Shown: piece by piece, positions 27,018 to 34,655 of the stretch
Layout: every line of letters starts with the position of its first letter
How positions within the stretch are numbered: position 1 is the first letter of the stretch
Assembly: GCA_002716085.1 (NCBI GenBank)
Contig: PAYZ01000019.1
Coordinates: 11,649 to 75,648 of the forward strand
Origin: Methanobacteriota archaeon
GTDB lineage: Archaea; Thermoplasmatota; Poseidoniia; Poseidoniales; Thalassarchaeaceae
DNA length: 64,000 bases
Direction of reading: 5' to 3'
The notes under the pieces: model-generated
What the model was told of the DNA's origin: nothing
The model's input: the letters and a program-made list of their open reading frames with translations, nothing else
Databases searched by the model: none
Translations under genes and position numbers: made by a program

Positions 27018-27446
27018 CTAATCAACCATTTTTGCTATCACACTCTCAGCGACAGAAGCTGCCTCTTGGCCCGGATAAACCTCTAGCTTGAACTTCCCTT
27101 TAGCTACAGGGCTGCCGCTAGGTCCTGCTACAACCGCTTCGCCACGAACCAGACTGGCCAAACCTAGCCTAATGTGCAGATTCTTATTCTCATCTACTCT
27201 TGAGGCAATGCCATTGCTCAAAATTTCTTTTAGTGAGTCATTGCACACTCTTCCCAGTGACTCTTTCGAAGCTCTAGAATTCATCTTCCCCACGATTGTG
27301 TACATTATTGCTCCAAGAGCGGATTTCTCCCTTTCTATTGAAATCTCAACCGAATCACCACATAACCATTGCATTGAGTCTACAATCAAAGCAGTGTCAT
27401 CCACTGCGCTGGCATATACTCGCCATTCCCCACCATGAAGTCCCAT
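27018..27446 (-). CDS. hypothetical protein (possibly UPF0201/COG1931-like RNA-binding protein)
   Basis: 142-aa ORF. Only the size and the N-terminal pattern 'VYASAVDDTALIVDSMQWL' weakly recall that family. Confidence 0.4.
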   Translation of the reverse strand: MGLHGGEWRVYASAVDDTALIVDSMQWLCGDSVEISIEREKSALGAIMYTIVGKMNSRASKESLGRVCNDSLKEILSNGIASRVDENKNLHIRLGLASLVRGEAVVAGPSGSPVAKGKFKLEVYPGQEAASVAESVIAKMVD

Positions 27447-27577
27447 GACACTGCCTCTATGCTAGGAACTTGAATCCGACGGGTCATTATTCAGTATTCG
27501 TGGCATTCCGTTCAAATACTGGTTGCATTTCGCACGGCCCGCAAACGGGGCAGCCCCCGGAATAAGGAGTCTTTTCT

Positions 27578-28474
27578 ATGGCCAAGGGAGCATCGGCAAG
27601 GGCAGCGGCTAGAAGGCAGAAGGACAAGTGGAAGGCAAAGCGATGGTACTCAATTAGGGCACCAAGGAACCCTTGGTCATTCAGGATTATTGGGGAGACA
27701 CTAGCTGAGGAAGGAGAAATGCTTGTTGGAAGGCCATTTGAGCTAATGCAGAATGAGCTGGATGGAGATTTCTCCAAAATGCACGTAAAAATTAGGTTTC
27801 GGATTAAGGAAGTCATAGGAAATGACGCAATTACTGAATTCGTCGGTCATGATGTGATGAAGGATTACGTTAGAAGGCAGATTCGTAGGGACAGAGGAAA
27901 GATAGATGATACAATAGATGTGGTTACCGAGGATGGCTACTTCATCAGGATTAAACCATTCATTGTTACTAGATCCAGAGTCAAATCTAGCCAGAAGCAA
28001 GAGACTAGAGCCGTAGCAAGGAATGAGGTAATAAAATTCTGTGCCAAGTCGACTTGGATTTCAGTGCAGAATGCTCTGATGGATGGTTCCATGGAGGATT
28101 TGGTATCCAAGGCCGTATCTAAGGTTCAACCAGTTAGGGCAGTCTTCTTCAGGAGGAGCCAGTTAATCCAAGAAGGCGTAGTTATTGATGATGGACCCAC
28201 ATTGGAAGAGGTCAAAGAAGACGAAAAGAATGCCATTGAGGAAGAGGCCAATGACGATCAAATGGAAGACGAACCACTTTCCGATGAACTCCAAGAAACC
28301 GGAGATGAGGTCGAAACAGTAAGTGAAGAACATGCGGACGAAGATGGCGAAGAATCCGACGATGAGATAGATTACGAATCAATGACCGTAGCACAGCTAA
28401 AGGATCTCCTAAAGGAAGCAGGAAAGCCAGTTTCAGGTAAGAAGGCCGACCTGATCTCCAGACTCTCGGAGTGA
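27578..28474 (+). CDS. rps3ae: 30S ribosomal protein S3Ae (eS1) with acidic + SAP-domain C-terminal extension
   Basis: 298-aa ORF with AAGGAG 9 nt upstream. It has 'KDKWKAKRWYSIRAP' and the eS1 core. The last about 95 aa form an acidic tract followed by 'MTVAQLKDLLKEAGKPVSGKKADLISRL'. Confidence 0.9.
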   Translation: MAKGASARAAARRQKDKWKAKRWYSIRAPRNPWSFRIIGETLAEEGEMLVGRPFELMQNELDGDFSKMHVKIRFRIKEVIGNDAITEFVGHDVMKDYVRRQIRRDRGKIDDTIDVVTEDGYFIRIKPFIVTRSRVKSSQKQETRAVARNEVIKFCAKSTWISVQNALMDGSMEDLVSKAVSKVQPVRAVFFRRSQLIQEGVVIDDGPTLEEVKEDEKNAIEEEANDDQMEDEPLSDELQETGDEVETVSEEHADEDGEESDDEIDYESMTVAQLKDLLKEAGKPVSGKKADLISRLSE

Positions 28475-28478
28475 GGAG

Positions 28479-29240
28479 ATGTCCCGCATCGCGGTGCTTT
28501 GTGGGACGGGGATGAGTGACTTTTCCTCATCCTTATCATCGTTAGAGAGGTCCTCATCTGAGAAAATGCTAGCAGAATCGCCTTGGGGAGAGGTCCCAAT
28601 GACCACTGTCAGCCTACCCAATGGACAGGTATTCGTAATAGACAGGCATCATTCCTCCAATGAAAACCGCACTCCACCCCATTCTATAGAGCACAGAGCC
28701 AATGTACATGCAGCAGCAAGTTGCTCTCCAAATCTTGTGGTTAGCATCAATTCTGTAGGCTCGATGCTTGAATCAATGCCCCCTGGGAAAATAGGGGTTG
28801 CGAGCGGAATCCTAGATCTCTCCATTAGACCTTGGTCATTCCATGATGAAGATGCAGTCCACTCGGACAGGACATCGCCATTCGATGCAGATGCATCAGC
28901 AAAATGTCGTCATGCTCTAGATGAAAAGCAAGGCGACTCACCTGAACGAATCGTTGTTGCACAATGCGTAGGCCCACAATTCGAAAGTCCCGAGGAAATC
29001 GACGCACTGGAAATTCTAGGTGCCCATGTGGTGGGAATGACTCTCGGCCCCGAGCAGAGACTTGTATCAGAGACTGGAATTCCCCATATCTCTCTTGTTT
29101 GCTCGTCAAATTGGGCTTCTGGCAGGACGCCAGGAGATGCAAAAGCGCATATTGACCACAATTCAGTAGACGAAAATGCTTCCGAAATGCAGAATCTAGT
29201 TGCTTATTGCATCGTCACCTTGATGGAAGGCAATAATTGA
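28479..29240 (+). CDS. purine-nucleoside / 5'-methylthioadenosine phosphorylase family protein
   Basis: 253-aa ORF. Contains 'IAVLCGTG', 'DRHH....PPHSIEHRANVHA', 'GPQFESPEE....GAHVVGMTLGPE'. Confidence 0.8.
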   Translation: MSRIAVLCGTGMSDFSSSLSSLERSSSEKMLAESPWGEVPMTTVSLPNGQVFVIDRHHSSNENRTPPHSIEHRANVHAAASCSPNLVVSINSVGSMLESMPPGKIGVASGILDLSIRPWSFHDEDAVHSDRTSPFDADASAKCRHALDEKQGDSPERIVVAQCVGPQFESPEEIDALEILGAHVVGMTLGPEQRLVSETGIPHISLVCSSNWASGRTPGDAKAHIDHNSVDENASEMQNLVAYCIVTLMEGNN

Positions 29241-29282
29241 ATACATCACTAACTTGATGGTGTCTCTCTATATGATAGCTTC

Positions 29283-29675
29283 ATGGGTAGTAGACTGAGT
29301 GTTGATGAATGGATACGGGTTGAGCATGGTGTTGTGCCCGATGGATCTTGGCTGACAATGATGTCCAGGGTTGCTAAATTCCATCATAAGCACCGATTCT
29401 CCTCCAGTGAGAACCATGGGCACGACATGGGGTATAGAATAGCCCTGACTATCGAGGAGCTCGGAGAACTTTCAGCAGCTATCACGAAGGGAAAGCCAGA
29501 TGAAGAGGCATCAGAGGAACTGGCTGATCTACTGATATTGATTCTCGGACATTCGCTTGCAATGAAGGTTGATCTGGAGCAGGAGTTCCATAAGAAGATG
29601 GATAAGATTATGACTAGAAAGGCCAGGAAAGGAAGCCTAGGAATAAGAGTAACAGATTACGCAGATCAGGATTAA
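29283..29675 (+). CDS. MazG-like nucleotide pyrophosphohydrolase domain protein
   Basis: 130-aa ORF with the 'EELGELSAAI....EEASEELADLLILIL' EExxE/ExxD helices. Confidence 0.65.
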   Translation: MGSRLSVDEWIRVEHGVVPDGSWLTMMSRVAKFHHKHRFSSSENHGHDMGYRIALTIEELGELSAAITKGKPDEEASEELADLLILILGHSLAMKVDLEQEFHKKMDKIMTRKARKGSLGIRVTDYADQD

Positions 29676-29804
29676 TGCTGCCAAACTTGTTATTAGCAAC
29701 TAATCACACTCGATTTAACTGAAATTACCAAGTGTAGCTATACACACCGGATTTTTTGAAAAGGTCACTTTTTAGCCGTTTTGAGCAGACTCACTACCTT
29801 CTCC

Positions 29805-29812
29805 ATTATATA
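29805..29812 (+). promoter_or_regulatory. TATA-like box upstream of membrane-protein gene
   Basis: ATTATATA lies 50 nt upstream of the ATG at 29862. GAGGTGA is at 29848-29854. Confidence 0.3.
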
Positions 29813-29861
29813 CTCCAATAATCCGAGTAGGAGACACTCGTGTAAACGAGGTGATTGAAAA

Positions 29862-30473
29862 ATGAACGTAGATATGAATGCAATGAAAGCAGAAGTAGGT
29901 GGCGCGTTTGTGCTATCGTGGATGGTGTTCGGATTGGGTCTGAACACGTTGGAGGGGGCTGCAGCCCTCGCCGTCGTGTGGATGGCCTTCTCCGGAGCTC
30001 ATGTGCTGCCCATAGTTACCTGGAGTCACATGATGACGGGTAACATGAGCGACACAGAAGGCAACTGGATGGCCAACGGAATGCGCTTACTAGCGCAGGT
30101 TGTCGGTGCACTTCTGGCCATACTATTGGCCACCGAGTTCGGTGGATTGGAAACGGGCTGGACAGCGACAGAGATGTGGATCGCCGACATCACTGCAGAT
30201 GATGCAGCTGTAAGTATTTGGGACGTCCTTGGAATGATTGCCGCTGGTGCAATTTGGTGGCAGGTTCACACCAGGTGCGATAGCGCATGGGCTAGTGCCT
30301 TCGGTCTGATGGCACTCGCTTCTGCAATAACCATGACTGGGGCCCACGAGATGGGTGCTTCAGTAGCTAGTGCCGGAGATGGCATTGCCGACACCCTGGT
30401 CAACTGGGTCTTTGACGGCCTGTTCGTAGGTGCTGGTGCCCTTCTTGGTACCAAGATCGACGAGATGCTCTGA
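29862..30473 (+). CDS. Ala/Gly-rich 6-TM membrane protein, possibly a degenerate MIP/aquaporin-family member lacking NPA motifs
   Basis: 203-aa ORF. 'FSGAHVLPIVTW' aligns by eye to the MIP signature 'SGAH(L/F)NPAVT', and 'LLAQVVGALLAILLA' aligns to MIP 'AQ.lGA..ga.l'. There is no NPA anywhere. Confidence 0.5.
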   Translation: MNVDMNAMKAEVGGAFVLSWMVFGLGLNTLEGAAALAVVWMAFSGAHVLPIVTWSHMMTGNMSDTEGNWMANGMRLLAQVVGALLAILLATEFGGLETGWTATEMWIADITADDAAVSIWDVLGMIAAGAIWWQVHTRCDSAWASAFGLMALASAITMTGAHEMGASVASAGDGIADTLVNWVFDGLFVGAGALLGTKIDEML

Positions 30474-30505
30474 AAAGATAGAACTGCCAACAAAACTAAC
30501 GCAAG

Positions 30506-30533
30506 CAGGCTGGGGGGGTGACTCCCCAGCCTG
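30506..30533. terminator. GC-rich hairpin between convergent genes
   Basis: CAGGCTGGGG (30506-30515) pairs with CCCCAGCCTG (30524-30533) around an 8-nt loop. It lies between the stops at 30473 (+) and 30567 (-). Confidence 0.35.
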
Positions 30534-30566
30534 TAAACGAAATACCGCCTAGTATACGCTATGGTA

Positions 30567-31088
30567 TTAGAAGAACTCTTTTTGCAACTCTTCAATCTCT
30601 AATCTAGATACGGCCTTAGAGTATGCTTCGAGGGGTTCTCTATTCAACTCCAGAAACTGACTTCCGAATTTGAATGGCTGTAGCACTTCTTTAGCCTGAG
30701 TCCAGTTTCCAAGTATTGCTAATGATGCTGCAACAGATTCTGCGGAAGAAAGCCTCCCTACTTTGCCCCAAGATACTGGGTTAGCAGCAAGAAGTGATGG
30801 CAAAACTCTACCGCTAAGCCTAGTGCTTTTGGCAATTTGTGCTAATGACTCATCAATAGCTTTCCATGAGCAATCTAGAACAACTATCGAGGCACCTAGG
30901 CCTATCAAACTATTATCTTCTGGACCTAGCAAGACTGTTGACCTTGGATCCAGTAGATATCCCCTCTTCGGTGCCGAAGTTGGCGAAGAATGAATGGAAA
31001 CAAGGCCCAATGAGTGCATCTTTCTTGATGTGCATTTACTTGGATCATCCTGGTCAAGGTGAATAACATGAACAGGGATTTCTTCCAA
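30567..31088 (-). CDS. tsr3: 16S rRNA aminocarboxypropyltransferase Tsr3
   Basis: 173-aa ORF. 'HLDQDDPSKCTSRKM' and 'VVLDCSWK' are typical of Tsr3/DUF367. Confidence 0.85.
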   Translation of the reverse strand: MEEIPVHVIHLDQDDPSKCTSRKMHSLGLVSIHSSPTSAPKRGYLLDPRSTVLLGPEDNSLIGLGASIVVLDCSWKAIDESLAQIAKSTRLSGRVLPSLLAANPVSWGKVGRLSSAESVAASLAILGNWTQAKEVLQPFKFGSQFLELNREPLEAYSKAVSRLEIEELQKEFF

Positions 31089-31091
31089 TTT

Positions 31092-31655
31092 CTATCTCCT
31101 GGAACGCGCTCCCGATCTTGATACCCCTAGTCTACGAGTTTTCTTCTTTGCCCTATTTACTCTTTCAGATTTAACATTGTCATTCTGAGCATCAGAAATA
31201 GTCATTTTTCGATCATTTTCAGAGGAAACAATTGTGTGGTTACTGGGAGCGCTCTCAACAAATAGTCTAACCCCAAGTTCCTTGGTGAATTTCTTCAATA
31301 GTGCGTCAGTTGGCCTATTTCCACTCTCAGCCTTCTGAATCACGGCGATCTTGACATTCATTTTTCTGGCGAGATCCTCCTGGGATAGCCCTTTCTCCTT
31401 CCTCGATACCCTAATTCTATTGTGGAAGTCTTGAGCCAGCTCCATTTCATCTTTGGTCATTATATCAACTCCGGAAACTCCCCTTCCAACTACGGAGCTT
31501 TCAGGTTCGCTTTGTGACTCATTTCTAGTAACAGTTCTTTCGACAACCAGACTCATTGAATCAATACACCGAATACAACATTCTAGTTTAGACTGGGAAA
31601 CCATTGCCTGCCTTGTGGATACTCCTTCAGCACCACATAGCTCGCACGCGCCCAT
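31092..31655 (-). CDS. mbf1: archaeal multiprotein-bridging factor 1 (zinc ribbon + XRE HTH) with basic C-terminal tail
   Basis: 187-aa ORF. N-terminal 'CELCGAEG...CCIRC', the HTH 'LSQEDLARKMNVKIAVIQKAESGNRPTDALLKKFTKELGV', and the tail 'RAKKKTRRLGVSRSGARSRR'. Confidence 0.85.
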   Translation of the reverse strand: MGACELCGAEGVSTRQAMVSQSKLECCIRCIDSMSLVVERTVTRNESQSEPESSVVGRGVSGVDIMTKDEMELAQDFHNRIRVSRKEKGLSQEDLARKMNVKIAVIQKAESGNRPTDALLKKFTKELGVRLFVESAPSNHTIVSSENDRKMTISDAQNDNVKSERVNRAKKKTRRLGVSRSGARSRR

Positions 31656-31716
31656 GCCATGCCCAGTATGGATGCTAACATGACTTCTTCGTAGGGGTCA
31701 TAAGTACCCATTAATC

Positions 31717-32958
31717 GTGAACATCATGGCGAGCGAGGCGGATGAGGGCTCTGGGGGCCTCGATGATCTAGAAAATCAAGCATCTCGCAAGGATGCACTA
31801 GACAGTCTCAGAATGGACTATCAGGAGCTAACGGATAAGGCACAACAATTGCTTACGGAGAAGCTTTTTCTTGAGAATGAATTCGACCAATTGAAGAAAA
31901 GAACTAGCAGGCTAGAGGAAGAGCTAAGCAACATCCGTACCCCTCCATTAATAATCGGATTTATTCAAGATATTCTGGACGGCCAGGCTATTGTTAGGAG
32001 TTCGAATGGAACCGTCTTCATGGTTTCAGTAAACAGGAGGCTCGATTCTACAAATCTGAAACCCGGTTCGCGTGTTGCCCTCAATCAAGATACTCTTTCA
32101 GTCGTGGAAATACTATCAGATTCATGGGACCCTCTTGTGAGCAATGCTGAGATATTGGATAGTCCAGAGGTTGAGTATGGGTCAATAGGCGGGCTAGAAG
32201 AGCAGATTCGCGAGCTAAAGGAGGCAATCGAGCTTCCATTCGAAAATCCCGAGGCGTTTTCTAAGTTTGGAATAGATCCTCCAAAAGGCGTTCTTCTTAC
32301 TGGCCCGCCGGGAACTGGAAAGACGATGCTAGCAAAAGCAGTCGCTAACTCCACAAAGGCCACATTTCTTGGGTTGGTCGGTGCCGAGTTAGCACAGAAG
32401 TACATTGGAGAAGGGGGAAGGATGGTTAGGGAGCTTTTCGAGCTCGCCAAGCAGAAATCACCTGCCATTATTTTTATTGATGAGATAGACTCAATAGGCT
32501 CAAAGAGACTTGACGTTGCTACTTCTGGAGATAGGGAAGTGCAAAGGACACTAATGCAGCTACTATCCGAGATTGACGGTTTCGAAAACCTCGACAATGT
32601 CAAGGTGATTGCAGCAACAAACAGGCCAGAATTGCTCGATGCTGCACTATTGAGGCCCGGAAGATTCGATCGCATCATCCAGATTCCTATTCCCGACTTG
32701 GTAGCCAGAGAGACTATTTTTGGAGTACATACTAAATCGATGCCACTATCAAAGGGCTTGAAACTTTCATACCTTGCTTCTATCTCTGAAGGTTTCAGTG
32801 GAGCCGAAATAAAATCTTCAGTCGTCGAAGCAGGAATCTCAGCAATATCGGAAAACCGAAAATCAGTCACTAAGAAGGACTTCATTAATGCGATTAAGAA
32901 AGTTGAAAATAACAGAAAAAACCCAAGCGGACCAGCCAACGAAGGACTGTATGCATAA
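31717..32958 (+). CDS. pan: proteasome-activating nucleotidase (AAA+ Rpt-like)
   Basis: 413-aa ORF. It has an N-terminal coiled coil, Walker A 'GPPGTGKTMLAKAVA', Walker B 'IIFIDEIDS', and the C-terminal HbYX 'LYA'. The start may be the ATG at 31726. Confidence 0.95.
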   Translation: MNIMASEADEGSGGLDDLENQASRKDALDSLRMDYQELTDKAQQLLTEKLFLENEFDQLKKRTSRLEEELSNIRTPPLIIGFIQDILDGQAIVRSSNGTVFMVSVNRRLDSTNLKPGSRVALNQDTLSVVEILSDSWDPLVSNAEILDSPEVEYGSIGGLEEQIRELKEAIELPFENPEAFSKFGIDPPKGVLLTGPPGTGKTMLAKAVANSTKATFLGLVGAELAQKYIGEGGRMVRELFELAKQKSPAIIFIDEIDSIGSKRLDVATSGDREVQRTLMQLLSEIDGFENLDNVKVIAATNRPELLDAALLRPGRFDRIIQIPIPDLVARETIFGVHTKSMPLSKGLKLSYLASISEGFSGAEIKSSVVEAGISAISENRKSVTKKDFINAIKKVENNRKNPSGPANEGLYA

Positions 32959-32994
32959 GCAAACTCTCTTGACGTCCTGACCCCCCGTGGAGCT

Positions 32995-34035
32995 ATGGCA
33001 AACCCTCTGGTAGAGTGTGTTCCCAACTTTAGCGAAGGTAGAGACAAGTCAGTAATTGGAAGGATTACGGCCCCAATAAAGGAAATCCAAGGAGTAACCC
33101 TACTGGATGTCGACATGGGCTCAGACTTCAATAGGACAGTAGTAACAATGGTGGGCCACCCCGATGAAGTTCTCAAAGCAGTTATTGAGTGCACCATGCT
33201 CGCTTCCGAGCTTATCGATATGAGACATCATAGTGGTGAGCACTCCAGGATGGGGGCCGTCGACGTCGTGCCTTTCATCCCAATCAGCGGGGTTTCCATG
33301 GGTGATTGCATCAAACTCTCTGAAAGATATGCCGAAGCCGTATCTGAGAAACTCGACCTTCCCATATATCTCTATGCAGAGGCAGCTAGGGGCGAAAATA
33401 GAGTTAGGCTGCCTGACATCAGGAGAGGCGAGTACGAGGGACTGCAGGAAAAGATCCAATCTGAAGAATGGATTCCCGACTACGGTCCCAGAAAATTCAA
33501 TCCAAAGCTCGGAGCAACTGCAACTGGAGCTAGGCAGATCCTAATTGCATACAATGTAAATCTAGACTCAGATAATAAAGGCAAGGCAAACTCAATCGCA
33601 TCTACGATTAGAACAAGCGGCTCACTGGTGAAAGACGAAAACGGTAATAAGATACTCGGAGATGATGGAAATCCACTTAGAATTCCTGGCAAATTCGAGG
33701 CCCTTCAAGCCGCTGGTTGGATGTACGATGAGTCCACAGCACAAGTGTCAATGAATCTCCTCGATCACAACATCACAGGACTTCATCATGTTACTGATAC
33801 AATCCGCGAGGAGGCACAGAAGATCGGCCTGAATGCTGTTGCAGGAGAACTAGTTGGATTAGTACCATTGGAAGCTATGTTAACAGCTGGAAAGAATTAC
33901 CATGAAGATCCCGATTCAGCTAGTGACTCTTCTCTAGTAGATGCAGCAATTAAAGGACTGATGCTAGATATTCTGGATGAATTTAAGCCCAAATCTAGCA
34001 TTATTGAGTGGGCCATTAGTGAGGCGTCAGTATGA
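32995..34035 (+). CDS. glutamate formimidoyltransferase
   Basis: 346-aa ORF. It has 'VECVPNFSEGRD', and the length matches the FT domain of FTCD. Confidence 0.88.
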   Translation: MANPLVECVPNFSEGRDKSVIGRITAPIKEIQGVTLLDVDMGSDFNRTVVTMVGHPDEVLKAVIECTMLASELIDMRHHSGEHSRMGAVDVVPFIPISGVSMGDCIKLSERYAEAVSEKLDLPIYLYAEAARGENRVRLPDIRRGEYEGLQEKIQSEEWIPDYGPRKFNPKLGATATGARQILIAYNVNLDSDNKGKANSIASTIRTSGSLVKDENGNKILGDDGNPLRIPGKFEALQAAGWMYDESTAQVSMNLLDHNITGLHHVTDTIREEAQKIGLNAVAGELVGLVPLEAMLTAGKNYHEDPDSASDSSLVDAAIKGLMLDILDEFKPKSSIIEWAISEASV

Positions 34036-34655
34036 ATGATGGATATGAGGAAGTACTCAGAGCAATTGCTTCATCAGAACCTACTCCGGGCGGTGGCTCT
34101 GTTGCAGCGCTATCGCTAGCTCACGCCCAATCACTGTCAATAATGGTAGCAAGGCTTACATTGGGTAAAGAGAAGTGGGCCGATGGACATGTTTTGGCAG
34201 AGTCAATAATATCGAAATGGGAACCAAAAATAGACTCCTCTATTGGGCTCGCAGTGAAGGACGCTCAAGCATTCGATCAAGTAATGGGGGCTTATCGCCT
34301 TCCAAAGAAAGACGAAAAAGAAATGGAACTCAGAAACTATTCAATCAGAGAAGCGACAATTGGTGCAGCCCTAGCTCCTCTGGAAACAGCCAAGGAATCA
34401 TTGGAACTTTTACGAGACATCGAGAAATTCATCGATCTATGCAACTCAAATGCTCTTACGGACCTTGCTTCTGCAGCGGAACTATCTGGCTCAGCTATTG
34501 TCATAGCATCGATGAACGTAAGAATAAATCTAGATAATATCGAAGGGGATGATGTCAATGAACTCTCGAATCAATTGGAAGAAATTCTGGGCGCTCATAC
34601 CTCGTTGTTGGAGATGATTAGGTCCAAAGTTTCGGAGAGGCTTGATTGGAAATGA
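34032..34655 (+). CDS. formimidoyltetrahydrofolate cyclodeaminase
   Basis: 207-aa ORF with a 4-nt overlap. It has 'PTPGGGSVAALSLAHAQSLSIMV', typical of the FTCD C-terminal domain. Confidence 0.85.
   Translation: MNDGYEEVLRAIASSEPTPGGGSVAALSLAHAQSLSIMVARLTLGKEKWADGHVLAESIISKWEPKIDSSIGLAVKDAQAFDQVMGAYRLPKKDEKEMELRNYSIREATIGAALAPLETAKESLELLRDIEKFIDLCNSNALTDLASAAELSGSAIVIASMNVRINLDNIEGDDVNELSNQLEEILGAHTSLLEMIRSKVSERLDWK

Noticed and set aside
27447-27577. This is the 131-nt divergent spacer before rps3ae, together with the 109-aa antisense ORF at 27487-27816. I considered a possible structured leader.
   Set aside because: Only weak, imperfect pairing is present (GCCCG/CGGGG). AAGGAG sits at the expected distance, so it is probably an ordinary promoter/leader. 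The ORF overlaps the conserved S3Ae N-terminus in antisense.
32085-33197. A 370-aa minus-strand ORF spans the 3' half of PAN, the intergenic gap and the 5' end of the formimidoyltransferase gene. That is strikingly long for an antisense frame in a moderate-GC genome.
   Set aside because: Both sense-strand genes have unambiguous conserved motifs (Walker A/B, HbYX, 'VECVPNFSEGRD'). The antisense product is Ser-rich low complexity with no motif, and it crosses a sense intergenic region without any RBS or promoter. It is treated as a chance open frame.
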